This document shows, in pieces, positions 1-9,981 of a stretch of DNA of 47,407 bases (within the stretch, counting starts at the first letter, position 1; each line of letters starts with the position of its first letter). The position numbers and the translations under genes were made by a program. The stretch is from assembly GCA_049599475.1 (NCBI GenBank), contig JBMYOQ010000027.1:1-47407 (forward strand), read 5' to 3'. Source of the DNA: Opitutales bacterium. Its GTDB lineage: Bacteria > Verrucomicrobiota > Verrucomicrobiia > Opitutales > JABSRG01. The notes below the pieces were generated by a model. The model had not been told where the DNA came from and ran no database searches. It was given only the letters and a program-made list of their open reading frames with translations.

Positions 1-55
1 ATCCTGATATCGTGTCAGATTGCCGCATCTTATCAATATTTTTGCGAAGCGGTAT
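1..55 (-). mobile_element. 55-bp terminal repeat, probable end of an insertion sequence that continues off-window
   Basis: Exact reverse complement of 47353-47407. Identity stops at position 56. Read outward it contains TTGATA and ends in AGGAT. Confidence 0.6.
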
Positions 56-562
56 GATACGCTGATACCGACACGCAGGAGAGCAGAAGCAAAGGGCGGC
101 TAGTCCAAAATATATAAATCTCCCGTGATGCCTATCTATAGCTGTGTTCAGCAGGGATTATATTGAACCGTGTCACGGCTGATGGTGGTGGCTTTGGCCC
201 AATTACTCACCTCTTCAATACATACGTACCCTTCAAGGAAAGGAGTAAATGCCTCATGGTTCGGATGGGAGAAGGCCGAGGTAAACCGACAATAAAATTC
301 GAATAAACCGACAATTATTTATGTTTGATGCGGATATCATACACAAAATTTAGGAATTTATACACAAAAGACCTGCTCCGATAGAGTAGCGGCGAGCCAG
401 CCGTAGTGCAGATTGGGTAGGGGTGTCTCGCCCCATTTGATGCAACTCAGGGCTGCTACGATGATCGCAGGGGCGTAAGAGCCGGTTCTGTCGTAAATGA
501 TCCCGAATAGGGCTGGCCCCGTCAGCGCACCGATGCCAAAAATGCGGTAGCCTAGCTTGATA

Positions 563-1732
563 CTACTTTATTGGAAGGTTTTGAGCAAAATCCAGATGAC
601 TCGTCAGAGTAACCTCGCTGCGTTTTTGGATACCGTCACGTGGATGAACCAACAATGCTGGTGCGTAGTTTTGCTCCGGAAAAGTTCTGCTGAACCATTT
701 GAGCCGGTCTAGCCAGGCCGGGCTGAGGGTTTGACCTGATTTAATTTCGATAGGCTGATGCTTGCCTCCTCGGGGGATAAGCAGGTCAATCTCGTTTCCG
801 GTTTGATCGCGGAAGAACATGAGGGGGGCATGAATGCCGTGATTTTCAAACTGTTTGAGTGCCTCGGAAACAACGAGGTTTTCGTAGAATGCCCGTCGCA
901 GTGGGTGGTTATGAAGCTGCGCACTTTCTGTTATGCCCGAGAGCCAGATGGCGAGACCCGTGTCGTGAAAATAGAGTTTAGGGCTCTTGATGTATCTCTT
1001 GGGAATATTCGAATGCCAGGGTGATAGGCGATAGATGACGAAGCTGCTCTCCAGAACAGAAAGCCATTCTCTTGCGGTGGGCTGGGTGATGCCGGTATCG
1101 CTGGCCAGACTATTCAGGTTAACGAGTTGGCCAACGCGACCAGCACAGAGGCGAACGAAACGTTGAAAGAGAGCCAGATCTTTAATCTGTAGGAGTTGTC
1201 TTAGGTCGCGCTCGATGTAGGTCTCGAAATAGTCGCTGTAAGCTTGATCAGGAGAGATGGATTCCGTGTGGACCCGCGGATAGAGACCCCGCCAAAGGAG
1301 TTCGTCGAGCGGGGGAAGTTTTCTATCCTTGGCCAGTTCGGGCAAACTCAATGGTAGCAAGCGAAGGATCGCAGTCCTACCTGCAAGTGATTGGTTCACG
1401 GCCTCACGGAGAGAGAACTGATGGCTTCCTGTTAGAATAAATAGACTGTTTTTCTTCCGCTCGTCGACGATCACCTGAATATAGGAAGTGAGTTCAGGCA
1501 CGCGTTGAATTTCATCGATCACAGCACCGTCAGGAAATTGCGCAAGGAACGCATCCGGATCGCTTTGGGCGAATTCACGAGTCCCGGGGTGCTCCAGATT
1601 AACGTAAGGCTTTTCTTTGAACAACTCCCTAACCAGGGTCGTCTTGCCCTATTGTCTTGGGCCCGTAAGCGTCACTACTGGGTATTTTTTAAAGCAATAC
1701 AGTGCGTGTGAGGAAATTATCCGCGGGATCAT
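563..1732 (-). pseudogene. AAA+ ATPase (AAA_14 + DUF4143 type) with an in-frame stop in Walker A
   Basis: ATG at 1732 gives MIPRIISSHALYCFKKYPVVTLTGPRQ*GKTTLVRELF, with TAG at 1649-1651 in frame with the listed 353-aa ORF. Walker B VIDEIQ, LTGS, KSPKLYFHDTGL and C-terminal EIDLL...IEIK are intact. Confidence 0.88.
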
Positions 1733-1882
1733 GTCTTTGTTAAATCAAAACGTAACTTTGAAACAACAAAATGAATGAGTCAGGAAATCGAGCTAAAAAA
1801 ACGGCTCAAAATGTGAGATGTCCTGCAAACAAACCGCAACCGGATTATACCGATTCACGAAAGACCTGATTAAATGAAAACG

Positions 1883-1964
1883 GGTAGCGCGGATCGTCTC
1901 GATCCGCATTAGGGCCTGAGGGGCGGCTTAAACGCAATGCGCTTCGAGGACGAAGCGCGCTGCC
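1883..1964. repeat. GGTAG-type REP doublet (REPIN-like)
   Basis: GGTAGCGCGGATCGTCTCGATCCGCATT plus an inverted partner whose reverse complement is GGCAGCGCGCTTCGTCCTCGAAGCGCATT. Each arm is itself a hairpin. Confidence 0.75.
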
Positions 1965-2047
1965 TTTTGCTCATGGAATTTGCGAACCGGTATTACGTAG
2001 GGTTTACCGCTTTCGGATCCAAATTGATTGGCTCAGGAGAGTATCCG

Positions 2048-2956
2048 TTAGCGAATGGCACCTTGGGCTTTAAGCCAGTTGGTGAGCAGCTCGGGCAAAA
2101 GCTCAACCCCCCGACTGCCGAGAAAAAAGCCGTGGCGGCCTTCTTCAAAATAATGAGACTGCACGTCCACGCCGAGCTCTTTAAGTTTATCTTCGTAAAA
2201 GGGGCTGTTGGGGAAGTAGTCGTGGTCGTCCTTGGCGGTCAATATTAAGGTGGGGGATAGATCTCGGCTAACCTGGATGCTGCTGTGGAGCTTCTCTTCG
2301 TATTTGAGGTAGGCGGGGTAGAGCAGGCAGACAAAGTCAGGTTTTGCGCTGACCCTGTCGTGCTGATCTCGGGGCTCGTAGGATGTTGTTGCAAAGCTGC
2401 CATTGGCTCTAGCGGAGAGATGCCCCCCCGCAGAGGTGCCTAGGAGCCCAAGGCGATCCGGGTCGATATTGAATTCCTGTGCCCTAGAACGGACGATCCT
2501 GATGGCTCGTTGGATGTCTTGGAGGAGCCCAATCTTTTTCTTATTGGACGGGCAGCGATAGTGCAAAATAAACGGTCGGATGCCTTGCTCGAGCAGGAAG
2601 TCAGCAAAAGGCCAGTGTTTGGAGGAAACGAGCCTCGCATAACCGCCCCCGGGCACCAAGATCACGGCCGCCGTGGGCTGCTTCGAGGCCGGTGCGGGGT
2701 AGGTGATGAGGTGGGGCGTTGTGATGTCATGAATTCGAACGCGGTTGGTGACGTGGGCGATGCCCAGGCCGTCAGGGGCGCTCAGCTTTGGATCTCCGGG
2801 CCAGAGCAAGATGGCTTCGGAATCAGCGCCTTCTACAGTGACTGTTTTGCCCTTTGGTGTGGAGTAGACCAGTGGAACGGTGTCGGCCTGAAGCAGGGCT
2901 GGAAAGCTGAGCAGCGTGGCGGCGAGCAAGCTGGAGAAGAGGCGAAGATGAATCAT
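2048..2956 (-). CDS. Secreted alpha/beta hydrolase, probable carbohydrate esterase
   Basis: Signal peptide, PGGGY oxyanion loop, GTSAGG nucleophile elbow, AKDD and GRHGF catalytic Asp/His. Confidence 0.85.
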   Translation of the reverse strand: MIHLRLFSSLLAATLLSFPALLQADTVPLVYSTPKGKTVTVEGADSEAILLWPGDPKLSAPDGLGIAHVTNRVRIHDITTPHLITYPAPASKQPTAAVILVPGGGYARLVSSKHWPFADFLLEQGIRPFILHYRCPSNKKKIGLLQDIQRAIRIVRSRAQEFNIDPDRLGLLGTSAGGHLSARANGSFATTSYEPRDQHDRVSAKPDFVCLLYPAYLKYEEKLHSSIQVSRDLSPTLILTAKDDHDYFPNSPFYEDKLKELGVDVQSHYFEEGRHGFFLGSRGVELLPELLTNWLKAQGAIR

Positions 2957-3013
2957 GGGGTAAACTTTTGGATAAAGCGTGAAATCGGAAGGCGAAGCTT
3001 AGAGCTGCTTTTG

Positions 3014-6000
3014 CTAGAGAGCATCGATCAGGAAACTCCAGTTGTAAGTCCCCGGTATGGGGATAGTGTAGTGTTTGTAGGGAGAGGCACCCCAGGTGTA
3101 GTCGCCGCCTACACCCATCTGGAGGTGATCGATGTTGACCGTGATATACGGTGATTCTTCGAGCTCAAAATCATACTTGGCCTTTTCAAGGCTCTCCTTG
3201 CTGTAGGGCCATGCACTGACCGACAAGGGGGCATCACCCATCGCTCGCACTGCGAGACCCTTGCCCGAGCCATCCGTCCATGCGGCCCAGCGCACATCGC
3301 TGCGATTGGCGTTAGCCTGCGGGCGCGCATAGTGGGTATCCCACGCTTCAACGGTGGACTCGTAAACACCCAGAAACGCGCCGGTCTTTCTGTCCCAGTA
3401 GTTCTCTTGCGGGCCGCGACCATACCACTCAACATTATTCCATGGGCGAGGGATGAGCATGCTCATGCCCAGGCGAGGGATGGATCTGAATTTCTTGTTG
3501 AAACGCAGCTCCACCTCGACCTTCAGCCTGGAATCTTCGTCGACACGATAGAGCACATGGCCTTCAACCTGTTTGTCGGGAATCTCGACGAGCGCTTTGA
3601 TGGTCGAAGCGTCGAGGGGTTGAATCTCGGAGACCTGCAAATTCTTGTGAGCGTCTTTCCAAATGAGATTCTCATTTCGGTCGCGTCGGCCAAGATCGAC
3701 GTCGGTAGAGACACGAGTAAAATTCCACGCCATGGGAGCCATCAGCGTTTCACGTCCTTCCACCTGCAAGGATGTCGGCAAGCCGGTTTTCGAGGACAGG
3801 ATCATGTTAAGGTCCCCAGCTTGGACGGCGAGCCCCTCGGCAACTTTGGACGTGCTCAACGCCATACTTTTAAACTCGATGCTAGGCTCCTGATACGGCC
3901 CCCACGCGAAGGATTCCTTGGCCACCGCGTGTCCGCGCTCGGCCCAAGGGGTGGACTCTTTGAGCGTCAGGTGAAAGGCTAGAACCACCTCGCGCCCCTT
4001 TTGCTCCTGACGGCGCGCTTCACGAGCCACCTCGGCAATGGCCACACTGACCGTTTCATTGGGGCCGATGTTTAGACGGTCTTGAGTCTGCTCAAAGACA
4101 ACTTCTCCGTCAGCTAAAACGGTTTTGAGAAGGGCATAGTCTTCCAAACCTTTGCCAAACCTGAGGTTTTTCACCTCGAGCTGTTCGGGCTTTTGGGAAT
4201 CCCAGAAGAAGTGCACCGGTTGATACACTTTTTGAACTTCGTAAAACTGTGGATTGGGGTCACGCTCTGCCGTGATAATGCCGTCATAATTGACGGTGCT
4301 GGTGGGGTAATCCCCGAAGTATCCACCATAGACGTAGCCTTTGCTCGGATCGTTGCGGTCCCGGTAGAGATTCTGATCGACGAGGTCCCACATGAAGCCG
4401 CCCGCCAGCATCGGTTCGGCGTAGATGAGATCCCAGTAATCCACCAAGTTGCCGTTGGTGTTTCCTAGGCCGTGGGCGTATTCGTTCATGAGGAAAGGTC
4501 GGCCCGAGGGATAAGGCCCGTGTTGGGTTTCGAAAGTACGCTCTCCGCGTTCCCCTTTACGCTTGGCCTTGCCTTTGATGTGTTGCTTGAGCCAGCTCAC
4601 CAATGGGTAAGTCTGGCTGTCCACGTCGGCCACCAAGTTCATGTCTGCGTATTGGGTCATACGGCGCTCTGGATCAGCTTTGAGATAGGCATCCTTCATG
4701 GCAAAAAAGGCATTGCCGAATCCTGCTTCATTCCCGTAGGACCACATCACTACGCTGGGGTGCTGGCGGGAGCTGATGACCATGCGATGCATGCGATCGA
4801 CCACGGCAGCTTCCCACTCTGGCTTGTCTCCTGGAAGGACGCGTTTGTGATAGCTGATTCCGTGAGATTCCAAATGGGCTTCGTCCATGAGCCACAGGCC
4901 TTGTTCATTACAAAGCTCATACCAGCGTGGGTCGGCCGGGTAATGGGCGTTGCGCACAAAGTTGGCGTTCATTTTTTTGAGCATCTCCAAATCCTGGGCC
5001 ATCAGCTCTTCGTCCACAACGTAACCGGTATGGGGGTCAAACTCGTGACGGTTGACGCCCCGAATCTTGAGCGGTTTTCCATTGAGGAGCAGAACCTCTC
5101 CTTGAACTTCCGTCTTTCTAAATCCTACAGGAAGGTCATAAGCACTTACGAGTTCCCCCTGGTGACTTACCTCAATTTTGGCGCGGTAAGTGGCAGGCTT
5201 TTCAGCCCACCAGGCTTGCACTTTGCCCAGCTCTAGGGTGCCCGTTCCCTCCGCTAATTTTTTACCAGCGGGATCGAAAATCGACATTTTCACCTCAGGA
5301 TTCGCTCCTGGCATGGGGGTGGTGTGTAGCGTCACGCTTCCCTGTCCCGTCTCTGGGTTGTAGTCAGGCTGAGCATACACATCCCACAGGCCTTTGGGTG
5401 GGGTGGCGACAAGCATGACATCGCGGAAAAGCCCGCTGAGTCTCCAAAAGTCGATGTCTTCAATCCAGCTGGCGTCACTATATTTATAAACCTCGACGGC
5501 CACTTTATTTTTTCCGCTCTTCAGCAGATCCGTGATATCAAACTCAGCGGGCAGCCTGCCCCCCTGGGAGTAACCGACTTTATGGCCATTGACCCACACG
5601 AACATAGCCGAACGCGCGCCGCCAAAATGCAGAATGATCCGCTGGCCTGCCCACGACGCAGGCACCTCAAAATCTCTGACATAGGACCCCACTGGATTGC
5701 GCTCCACGTAGGTCGTCCAGTCTTTGCTGGGCGTGCCCATCACCTTGGGTGGTGACGCTTTAAACATATTGCCATAATTGCGATAAAGTGGGGTGCCATA
5801 CCCTTCCCGTTCCCAAGTGCTGGGGACTGGAATGTCGTCCCAGGCGGAGGTGTCGAACGCGGACTGGTGAAAATCGAGCGGTCGCTGCTCAGGGGTGGGG
5901 CACCAGTGGAATTTCCAGGTCCCATTCAAAGACTCCACCCACGGTGACTCCGCGTAGCGAGCCCCTTCAGCTGACTGGGGGCTGGGGTGTGGCCAAAAGT

Positions 6001-6157
6001 GGCTTCGCGGAGGAAGCTTATTGATTTGAAAAATCTCGGGATTCTCGATTTCAGGCGGAATGGGTGCCTCACCAAACAGTGAACTTTGGCTTGCCACCAG
6101 CACGAGCAACAGGAGGCCGTGGATGTACTTCATGAGGTTTTTGATTTCGTACATCAT
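3014..6157 (-). CDS. GH2 beta-galactosidase (LacZ-like architecture), secreted
   Basis: SLNGTWKF, DFWRLSGLFRDV, GVNRHE, RNAHYP, WSYGNE acid/base, MNEYAH nucleophile, WYGRGPQENY, QMGVGGD small-chain motifs. Confidence 0.93.
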   Translation of the reverse strand: MMYEIKNLMKYIHGLLLLVLVASQSSLFGEAPIPPEIENPEIFQINKLPPRSHFWPHPSPQSAEGARYAESPWVESLNGTWKFHWCPTPEQRPLDFHQSAFDTSAWDDIPVPSTWEREGYGTPLYRNYGNMFKASPPKVMGTPSKDWTTYVERNPVGSYVRDFEVPASWAGQRIILHFGGARSAMFVWVNGHKVGYSQGGRLPAEFDITDLLKSGKNKVAVEVYKYSDASWIEDIDFWRLSGLFRDVMLVATPPKGLWDVYAQPDYNPETGQGSVTLHTTPMPGANPEVKMSIFDPAGKKLAEGTGTLELGKVQAWWAEKPATYRAKIEVSHQGELVSAYDLPVGFRKTEVQGEVLLLNGKPLKIRGVNRHEFDPHTGYVVDEELMAQDLEMLKKMNANFVRNAHYPADPRWYELCNEQGLWLMDEAHLESHGISYHKRVLPGDKPEWEAAVVDRMHRMVISSRQHPSVVMWSYGNEAGFGNAFFAMKDAYLKADPERRMTQYADMNLVADVDSQTYPLVSWLKQHIKGKAKRKGERGERTFETQHGPYPSGRPFLMNEYAHGLGNTNGNLVDYWDLIYAEPMLAGGFMWDLVDQNLYRDRNDPSKGYVYGGYFGDYPTSTVNYDGIITAERDPNPQFYEVQKVYQPVHFFWDSQKPEQLEVKNLRFGKGLEDYALLKTVLADGEVVFEQTQDRLNIGPNETVSVAIAEVAREARRQEQKGREVVLAFHLTLKESTPWAERGHAVAKESFAWGPYQEPSIEFKSMALSTSKVAEGLAVQAGDLNMILSSKTGLPTSLQVEGRETLMAPMAWNFTRVSTDVDLGRRDRNENLIWKDAHKNLQVSEIQPLDASTIKALVEIPDKQVEGHVLYRVDEDSRLKVEVELRFNKKFRSIPRLGMSMLIPRPWNNVEWYGRGPQENYWDRKTGAFLGVYESTVEAWDTHYARPQANANRSDVRWAAWTDGSGKGLAVRAMGDAPLSVSAWPYSKESLEKAKYDFELEESPYITVNIDHLQMGVGGDYTWGASPYKHYTIPIPGTYNWSFLIDAL

Positions 6158-6238
6158 AATGAAAATATATCTACCGCTTGTATGCTTTCTTTAGAAAAAA
6201 TGCATACAACGATTGTTGGGGGTTAATGATTGATATGG

Positions 6239-6255
6239 TTTGTATTGTAACAAAA
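6239..6255 (-). promoter_or_regulatory. Extended -10 promoter / possible operator upstream of the GH2 gene
   Basis: Minus strand reads TTTTGTTACAATACAAA (TG-n-TACAAT). 15/17 identical to 11937-11953. Confidence 0.45.
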
Positions 6256-6477
6256 CTTTTACAGAACCCGCATTCCTTTTAGCGCACCATACGATACGAA
6301 AGGCGCAAAAAAACTTCCGTATTGATAACTAGATTGTGGTTTTATGCACACAAGGCTCGTTCGCGCTCTTCAAGTTGTCCCAAGATTTCGAATTTGGAGG
6401 GTCCGATTATGAAAGTATTGAAGGCGGTGACGTCGTCGGCATAGGCAGAGTTGCGGTCGACCTGCCGTAGCGCATCG

Positions 6478-6548
6478 GGTAGGGTTGTCTCTCCGAGACA
6501 ACCGTTTGGGCTTGTTTAGGTCGGTTGTCTCAGAGAGACAACCCTACC
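6478..6548. repeat. GGTAG-type REP doublet (REPIN-like)
   Basis: GGTAGGGTTGTCTCTCCGAGACAACCG, a 17-bp spacer, then CGGTTGTCTCAGAGAGACAACCCTACC (27-bp arms, one mismatch). Confidence 0.85.
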
Positions 6549-6589
6549 TGTTTTTGCGATTAAACAAAAAACGCCGCCTTCCGTCCTAT

Positions 6590-6662
6590 ACACGCATGCG
6601 CGCAACTCGGTATCGGAAAATTAGTTAAAACCGGGTAAATAAAAATCAACGCGCATGCGTGT
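6590..6662. promoter_or_regulatory. Perfect 13-bp inverted repeat flanking a 47-bp AT-rich segment
   Basis: ACACGCATGCGCG (6590-6602) and CGCGCATGCGTGT (6650-6662), ending 24 bp before the ATG at 6687. Confidence 0.55.
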
Positions 6663-6686
6663 TTAAGCGCCCTTAATTTCCTTTTA

Positions 6687-7946
6687 ATGAATCGACGTAA
6701 ATTCTGCTCCTCCTTCGCACTCGCAAGCCTTGGCCTCAATGCGCGTGCTCTCTTTGCTCAACACGGCAAAAGCTTCTCGCATGTGCCGTTTCGCCCCATC
6801 ACGCGCGGCCCGCAATTTCATTGGTTTGGCTATTACGATAAGTTTCAGTTTGATCCGACTGACCGATACATTCTTGGCAATCAAGTAAAGTTCGAGCACC
6901 GCACACCGAAGGCAGACGACGAGATAGTCGTCGGTATGGTGGATACGGATGACGGCGACAAATGGATTGATCTGGGCACCTCTAAATCTTGGGGCTGGCA
7001 GCAAGGGTGCATGCTGCAATTTGCACCCGGCGAGGGATCCCGAGTCATCTGGAATGATCGCGAGGGCGATCGTTTCGTAAGCCGTGTGCTTGATATCAAG
7101 ACCGGCAAACAGAAGACGCTCCCGTATGCCATATACTCGCTCAGTCCAGATGGTGAATTTGCTGTGGGGGCCGATTTTGCCCGTATTCAACACTTCCGTC
7201 CAGGTTATGGCTATAAAGGAGGTAAGGACCCCTTTGCGGGGCAACGTGCTCCGATGGAGGGCGGCATCTACCGCATGGATCTTGAAACCGGTGAGACGAA
7301 GGTCATTGTTCGTTTGGGCGAACTCGCACAGCTTCCCTATCTCGGCAAAGACATTAGCCAAAAATGGCATTATGTGAACCACTTGCTCGTATCGCCCGAT
7401 AGCGAACGCTTAATCTTTCTTAATCGCTGGCGTGACCAAGACAGCAGTGCAGGGCGATATAATACGCGGATGTTTACCGTGAATCAGGACGGCTCGGATC
7501 TACATCATTTCACCGATTATACGGCAGCGTCTCATTTCATATGGCGCGATAGTGAAAACATCATGGCCTTCATTAATCCAAACGGGAAACCACGCCGTTT
7601 TTATATGATGAAGGATAAGACGCAGGAGCATCAGGTTATCGCTCCAGAAACAATGCCGACGAACGGACACAATACGTATTTGCCCATAGGTGACAACGAT
7701 TGGGTGTTGAATGACACCTATCCGGATCCTAAGACATCGAATCAAACGCCTTACCTGTATCAGAAATCTACGGGCAAACGCTTCGACCTAGGCGATTTCC
7801 ATGCTCCTGGAAAATATCGCGGTGAATGGCGTTGCGATACGCATCCCCGCTCCAGCCGTGACGGCATGAAAGTCTGCATAGATTCGCCCCACGGCGGAAA
7901 TGGCCGCCAGATGTATCTTTTAGATATTTCGTCAATTGTCGCGTAG
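6687..7946 (+). CDS. Tat-exported beta-propeller protein (TolB/oligogalacturonate-lyase-like fold)
   Basis: MNRRKF twin-arginine signal; propeller-type motifs WFGYYD, WQQG, SPDGE, HLLVSPD, SHFIW, GHNTY, RCDTHPRSSRDG. Confidence 0.75.
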   Translation: MNRRKFCSSFALASLGLNARALFAQHGKSFSHVPFRPITRGPQFHWFGYYDKFQFDPTDRYILGNQVKFEHRTPKADDEIVVGMVDTDDGDKWIDLGTSKSWGWQQGCMLQFAPGEGSRVIWNDREGDRFVSRVLDIKTGKQKTLPYAIYSLSPDGEFAVGADFARIQHFRPGYGYKGGKDPFAGQRAPMEGGIYRMDLETGETKVIVRLGELAQLPYLGKDISQKWHYVNHLLVSPDSERLIFLNRWRDQDSSAGRYNTRMFTVNQDGSDLHHFTDYTAASHFIWRDSENIMAFINPNGKPRRFYMMKDKTQEHQVIAPETMPTNGHNTYLPIGDNDWVLNDTYPDPKTSNQTPYLYQKSTGKRFDLGDFHAPGKYRGEWRCDTHPRSSRDGMKVCIDSPHGGNGRQMYLLDISSIVA

Positions 7947-8007
7947 AGCGTAAGAATCCGATGCTTAATCAGCTACTCTAGATCATGTCCGTAAACGCAG
8001 AATTTTC

Positions 8008-8167
8008 CTCATGCCCGCTTCGCTCAAGGCGCAAAGACGCAAAGCTAAAATGCTGCAATTTCTGTGGTTATAATTTTTCATGTCTCAATCTCGAGCATGT
8101 TGGGGGGTATTGGTTTTCTTCTTAAAAATACTCTGCGTCTCCGCGCCTTGAGCGAAGCGGGCGTGAG
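8008..8167. repeat. 37-bp imperfect inverted repeat pair (MITE-like) around an 86-bp AT-rich core
   Basis: CTCATGCCCGCTTCGCTCAAGGCGCAAAGACGCAAAG versus the reverse complement of 8131-8167, CTCACGCCCGCTTCGCTCAAGGCGCGGAGACGCAGAG (4 mismatches). Confidence 0.8.
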
Positions 8168-8218
8168 ATCATTCCAGCGTAGAAGTCTGGTGGCATATTG
8201 AACGCGTAAACCGAAACC

Positions 8219-9064
8219 ATGCGAATACTCACACATTTTCTTTTATTCGTCTTCTGCTTTCCCATCTGCGCGAAAGACCCCCTAAATATCCCACTTTGGC
8301 CCGACGAAGTCCCAGGGCAAAAAGCACCCAAGGCACCGGCAGTAATCTCAGAAAATACAGCTGGCAACACCACGCGTTTAGCCAAGGTCACCGATCCCAG
8401 TCTCACCGTATATAAGCCCTCTCCTGGCGAAGCCAACGGGGCCGCCGTGATCGTTTGCCCGGGTGGTGGCTACAACATACTCGCCATAGACAAAGAAGGC
8501 ACTGAAGTTGCCGAATGGTTGAGTGGGCTGGGTTACACGGCATTCGTTTTACAATATCGCGTCCCTAAAAATCCTGCGGGCGCTCTGCAAGATGCTCAAC
8601 GCGCCATGCGCATCGTGCGCGGACGGGCGGATGAGTGGGGCGTCGATCCTCAGAAGATCGGCGTGCTCGGTTTCTCTGCAGGCGGTCATCTGGCGGCGAG
8701 CGTTAGCACGCGGTATGAGGAAGCCCATTACATGCATGTCGACGCGTTCGATAATTTCTCCGCGCGCCCCGACTTTACGATCCTCATTTACCCGGCCTAT
8801 TTCGATCTTGGAGAGCAGGGTGGGTTAAGCCCTGAAATAAATCTACGAAGTTCAGTGCCTCCGATGTTTATGGCGGTATCCTCAGACGATCGTCATGCGA
8901 ACAGCAGTCTGGTGATGGGCGCCGCGTTGAGTCGAGCGAAGCTTGGGTATGAGCTACATGTCTTCCCAACAGGAGGTCATGGCTACGGCATGCGTAATGG
9001 CAGACATGCTGCCGAGGCCTGGCCAATACTATGCCATGATTGGTTGAAAAGGACGATTCGATAG
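8219..9064 (+). CDS. Secreted alpha/beta hydrolase, probable carbohydrate esterase; same family as 2048-2956
   Basis: Signal peptide, CPGGGY, LQDAQRAMR, GFSAGGH, RPDF..LIYPAY, GGHGYG. Confidence 0.88.
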   Translation: MRILTHFLLFVFCFPICAKDPLNIPLWPDEVPGQKAPKAPAVISENTAGNTTRLAKVTDPSLTVYKPSPGEANGAAVIVCPGGGYNILAIDKEGTEVAEWLSGLGYTAFVLQYRVPKNPAGALQDAQRAMRIVRGRADEWGVDPQKIGVLGFSAGGHLAASVSTRYEEAHYMHVDAFDNFSARPDFTILIYPAYFDLGEQGGLSPEINLRSSVPPMFMAVSSDDRHANSSLVMGAALSRAKLGYELHVFPTGGHGYGMRNGRHAAEAWPILCHDWLKRTIR

Positions 9065-9077
9065 AGCTTAAATTCCC

Positions 9078-9866
9078 ATGAAAATTCTCTCTCATTTTCT
9101 TGCTACAGTATTTCTCGTTGTTGTGCACTCGGGCCGCGCGCATCCGGACCATGCTGCGTTTCACGCCTTGAATCAGCTCGACTGGCAAACTGTCTTTGCA
9201 GACTCGGGCACAGAGGACTGGCGTGAGCATTGGTTTCTAGATGGAGAGTATGCAACAATTACCCACGATGAGCGGGGTATGTCTTTCTGTGCGGGTCCGA
9301 AGGCTCTCGACGATGCACACCATGCGGTGCTCTGGACACAGGAGGATTTTTCAGGAGATGTAAAAATCGAATACGAATACACGCGTCTCGATTCCGAGAT
9401 ACGTATGGTGACGATCTTATATATTCAAGCCACGGGGCTCGGGACGCCGGGCTTCGAGTCTGATATCAAAACCTGGGCCCATAAGCGTAAGGTGCCGAAG
9501 ATGAGCACGTACTTTCGTAATATGAATCTCTATCATATCAGCTACGCGGCCTTTGGTATGAAGAACGTGGATCCGGATAATGATTATATCCGCGCGAGGC
9601 GTTACACGGGGCAAGGCCTGCGGGGCACTGAGCTGAAGAATGAATATACCCATACCGGATTGTTTGAACCAGGTGTCCCCCATCAAATAACGGTGATTAA
9701 AAGAGACCGTGAGATTTTCATGTATGTTGAAAATGAAGAAACGGAATTACTCTGTCACTTTATCAACGAAAACTTCGACCCGATTACTGAAGGGAGAATT
9801 GGGCTGCGCCACATGTATACGCGCAGCGCCCGATACAAGAATTTTAAAATAAGCACCCTGGAATAG
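9078..9866 (+). CDS. DUF1961/YesU-like concanavalin-fold protein
   Basis: W..HWFLDG, HAVLW, YHISYAA, YIRARRY, GRIGLRHM motifs; signal peptide. Confidence 0.75.
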   Translation: MKILSHFLATVFLVVVHSGRAHPDHAAFHALNQLDWQTVFADSGTEDWREHWFLDGEYATITHDERGMSFCAGPKALDDAHHAVLWTQEDFSGDVKIEYEYTRLDSEIRMVTILYIQATGLGTPGFESDIKTWAHKRKVPKMSTYFRNMNLYHISYAAFGMKNVDPDNDYIRARRYTGQGLRGTELKNEYTHTGLFEPGVPHQITVIKRDREIFMYVENEETELLCHFINENFDPITEGRIGLRHMYTRSARYKNFKISTLE

Positions 9867-9981
9867 TCGGCCAATTAAAGCTATAATATCATCTTCACTA
9901 CTCATGCTGAGGCGAATTGGACTCTTCAGTCCGTTTCAATCGCCTCGTCGACCATTTTTCCGAAAAAACTCCCCAAACAAA

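Noticed and set aside
1..55. Terminal inverted repeats of a linear plasmid, phage or single giant transposon
   Set aside because: No replication, capsid, terminal-protein or transposase genes. The content is chromosomal (sodA, msrA), and the repeat interrupts a gene.
1649..1651. Stop-codon reassignment or pyrrolysine explanation for the in-frame TAG
   Set aside because: TAG is the normal terminator of many intact genes here (e.g. 7946, 9064, 9866, 11640). A single TCG->TAG change is simpler.
2510..5236. Long plus-strand ORFs (214, 216 and 254 aa) and similar ORFs opposite other genes
   Set aside because: Antisense shadows of well-supported genes, with no motifs.
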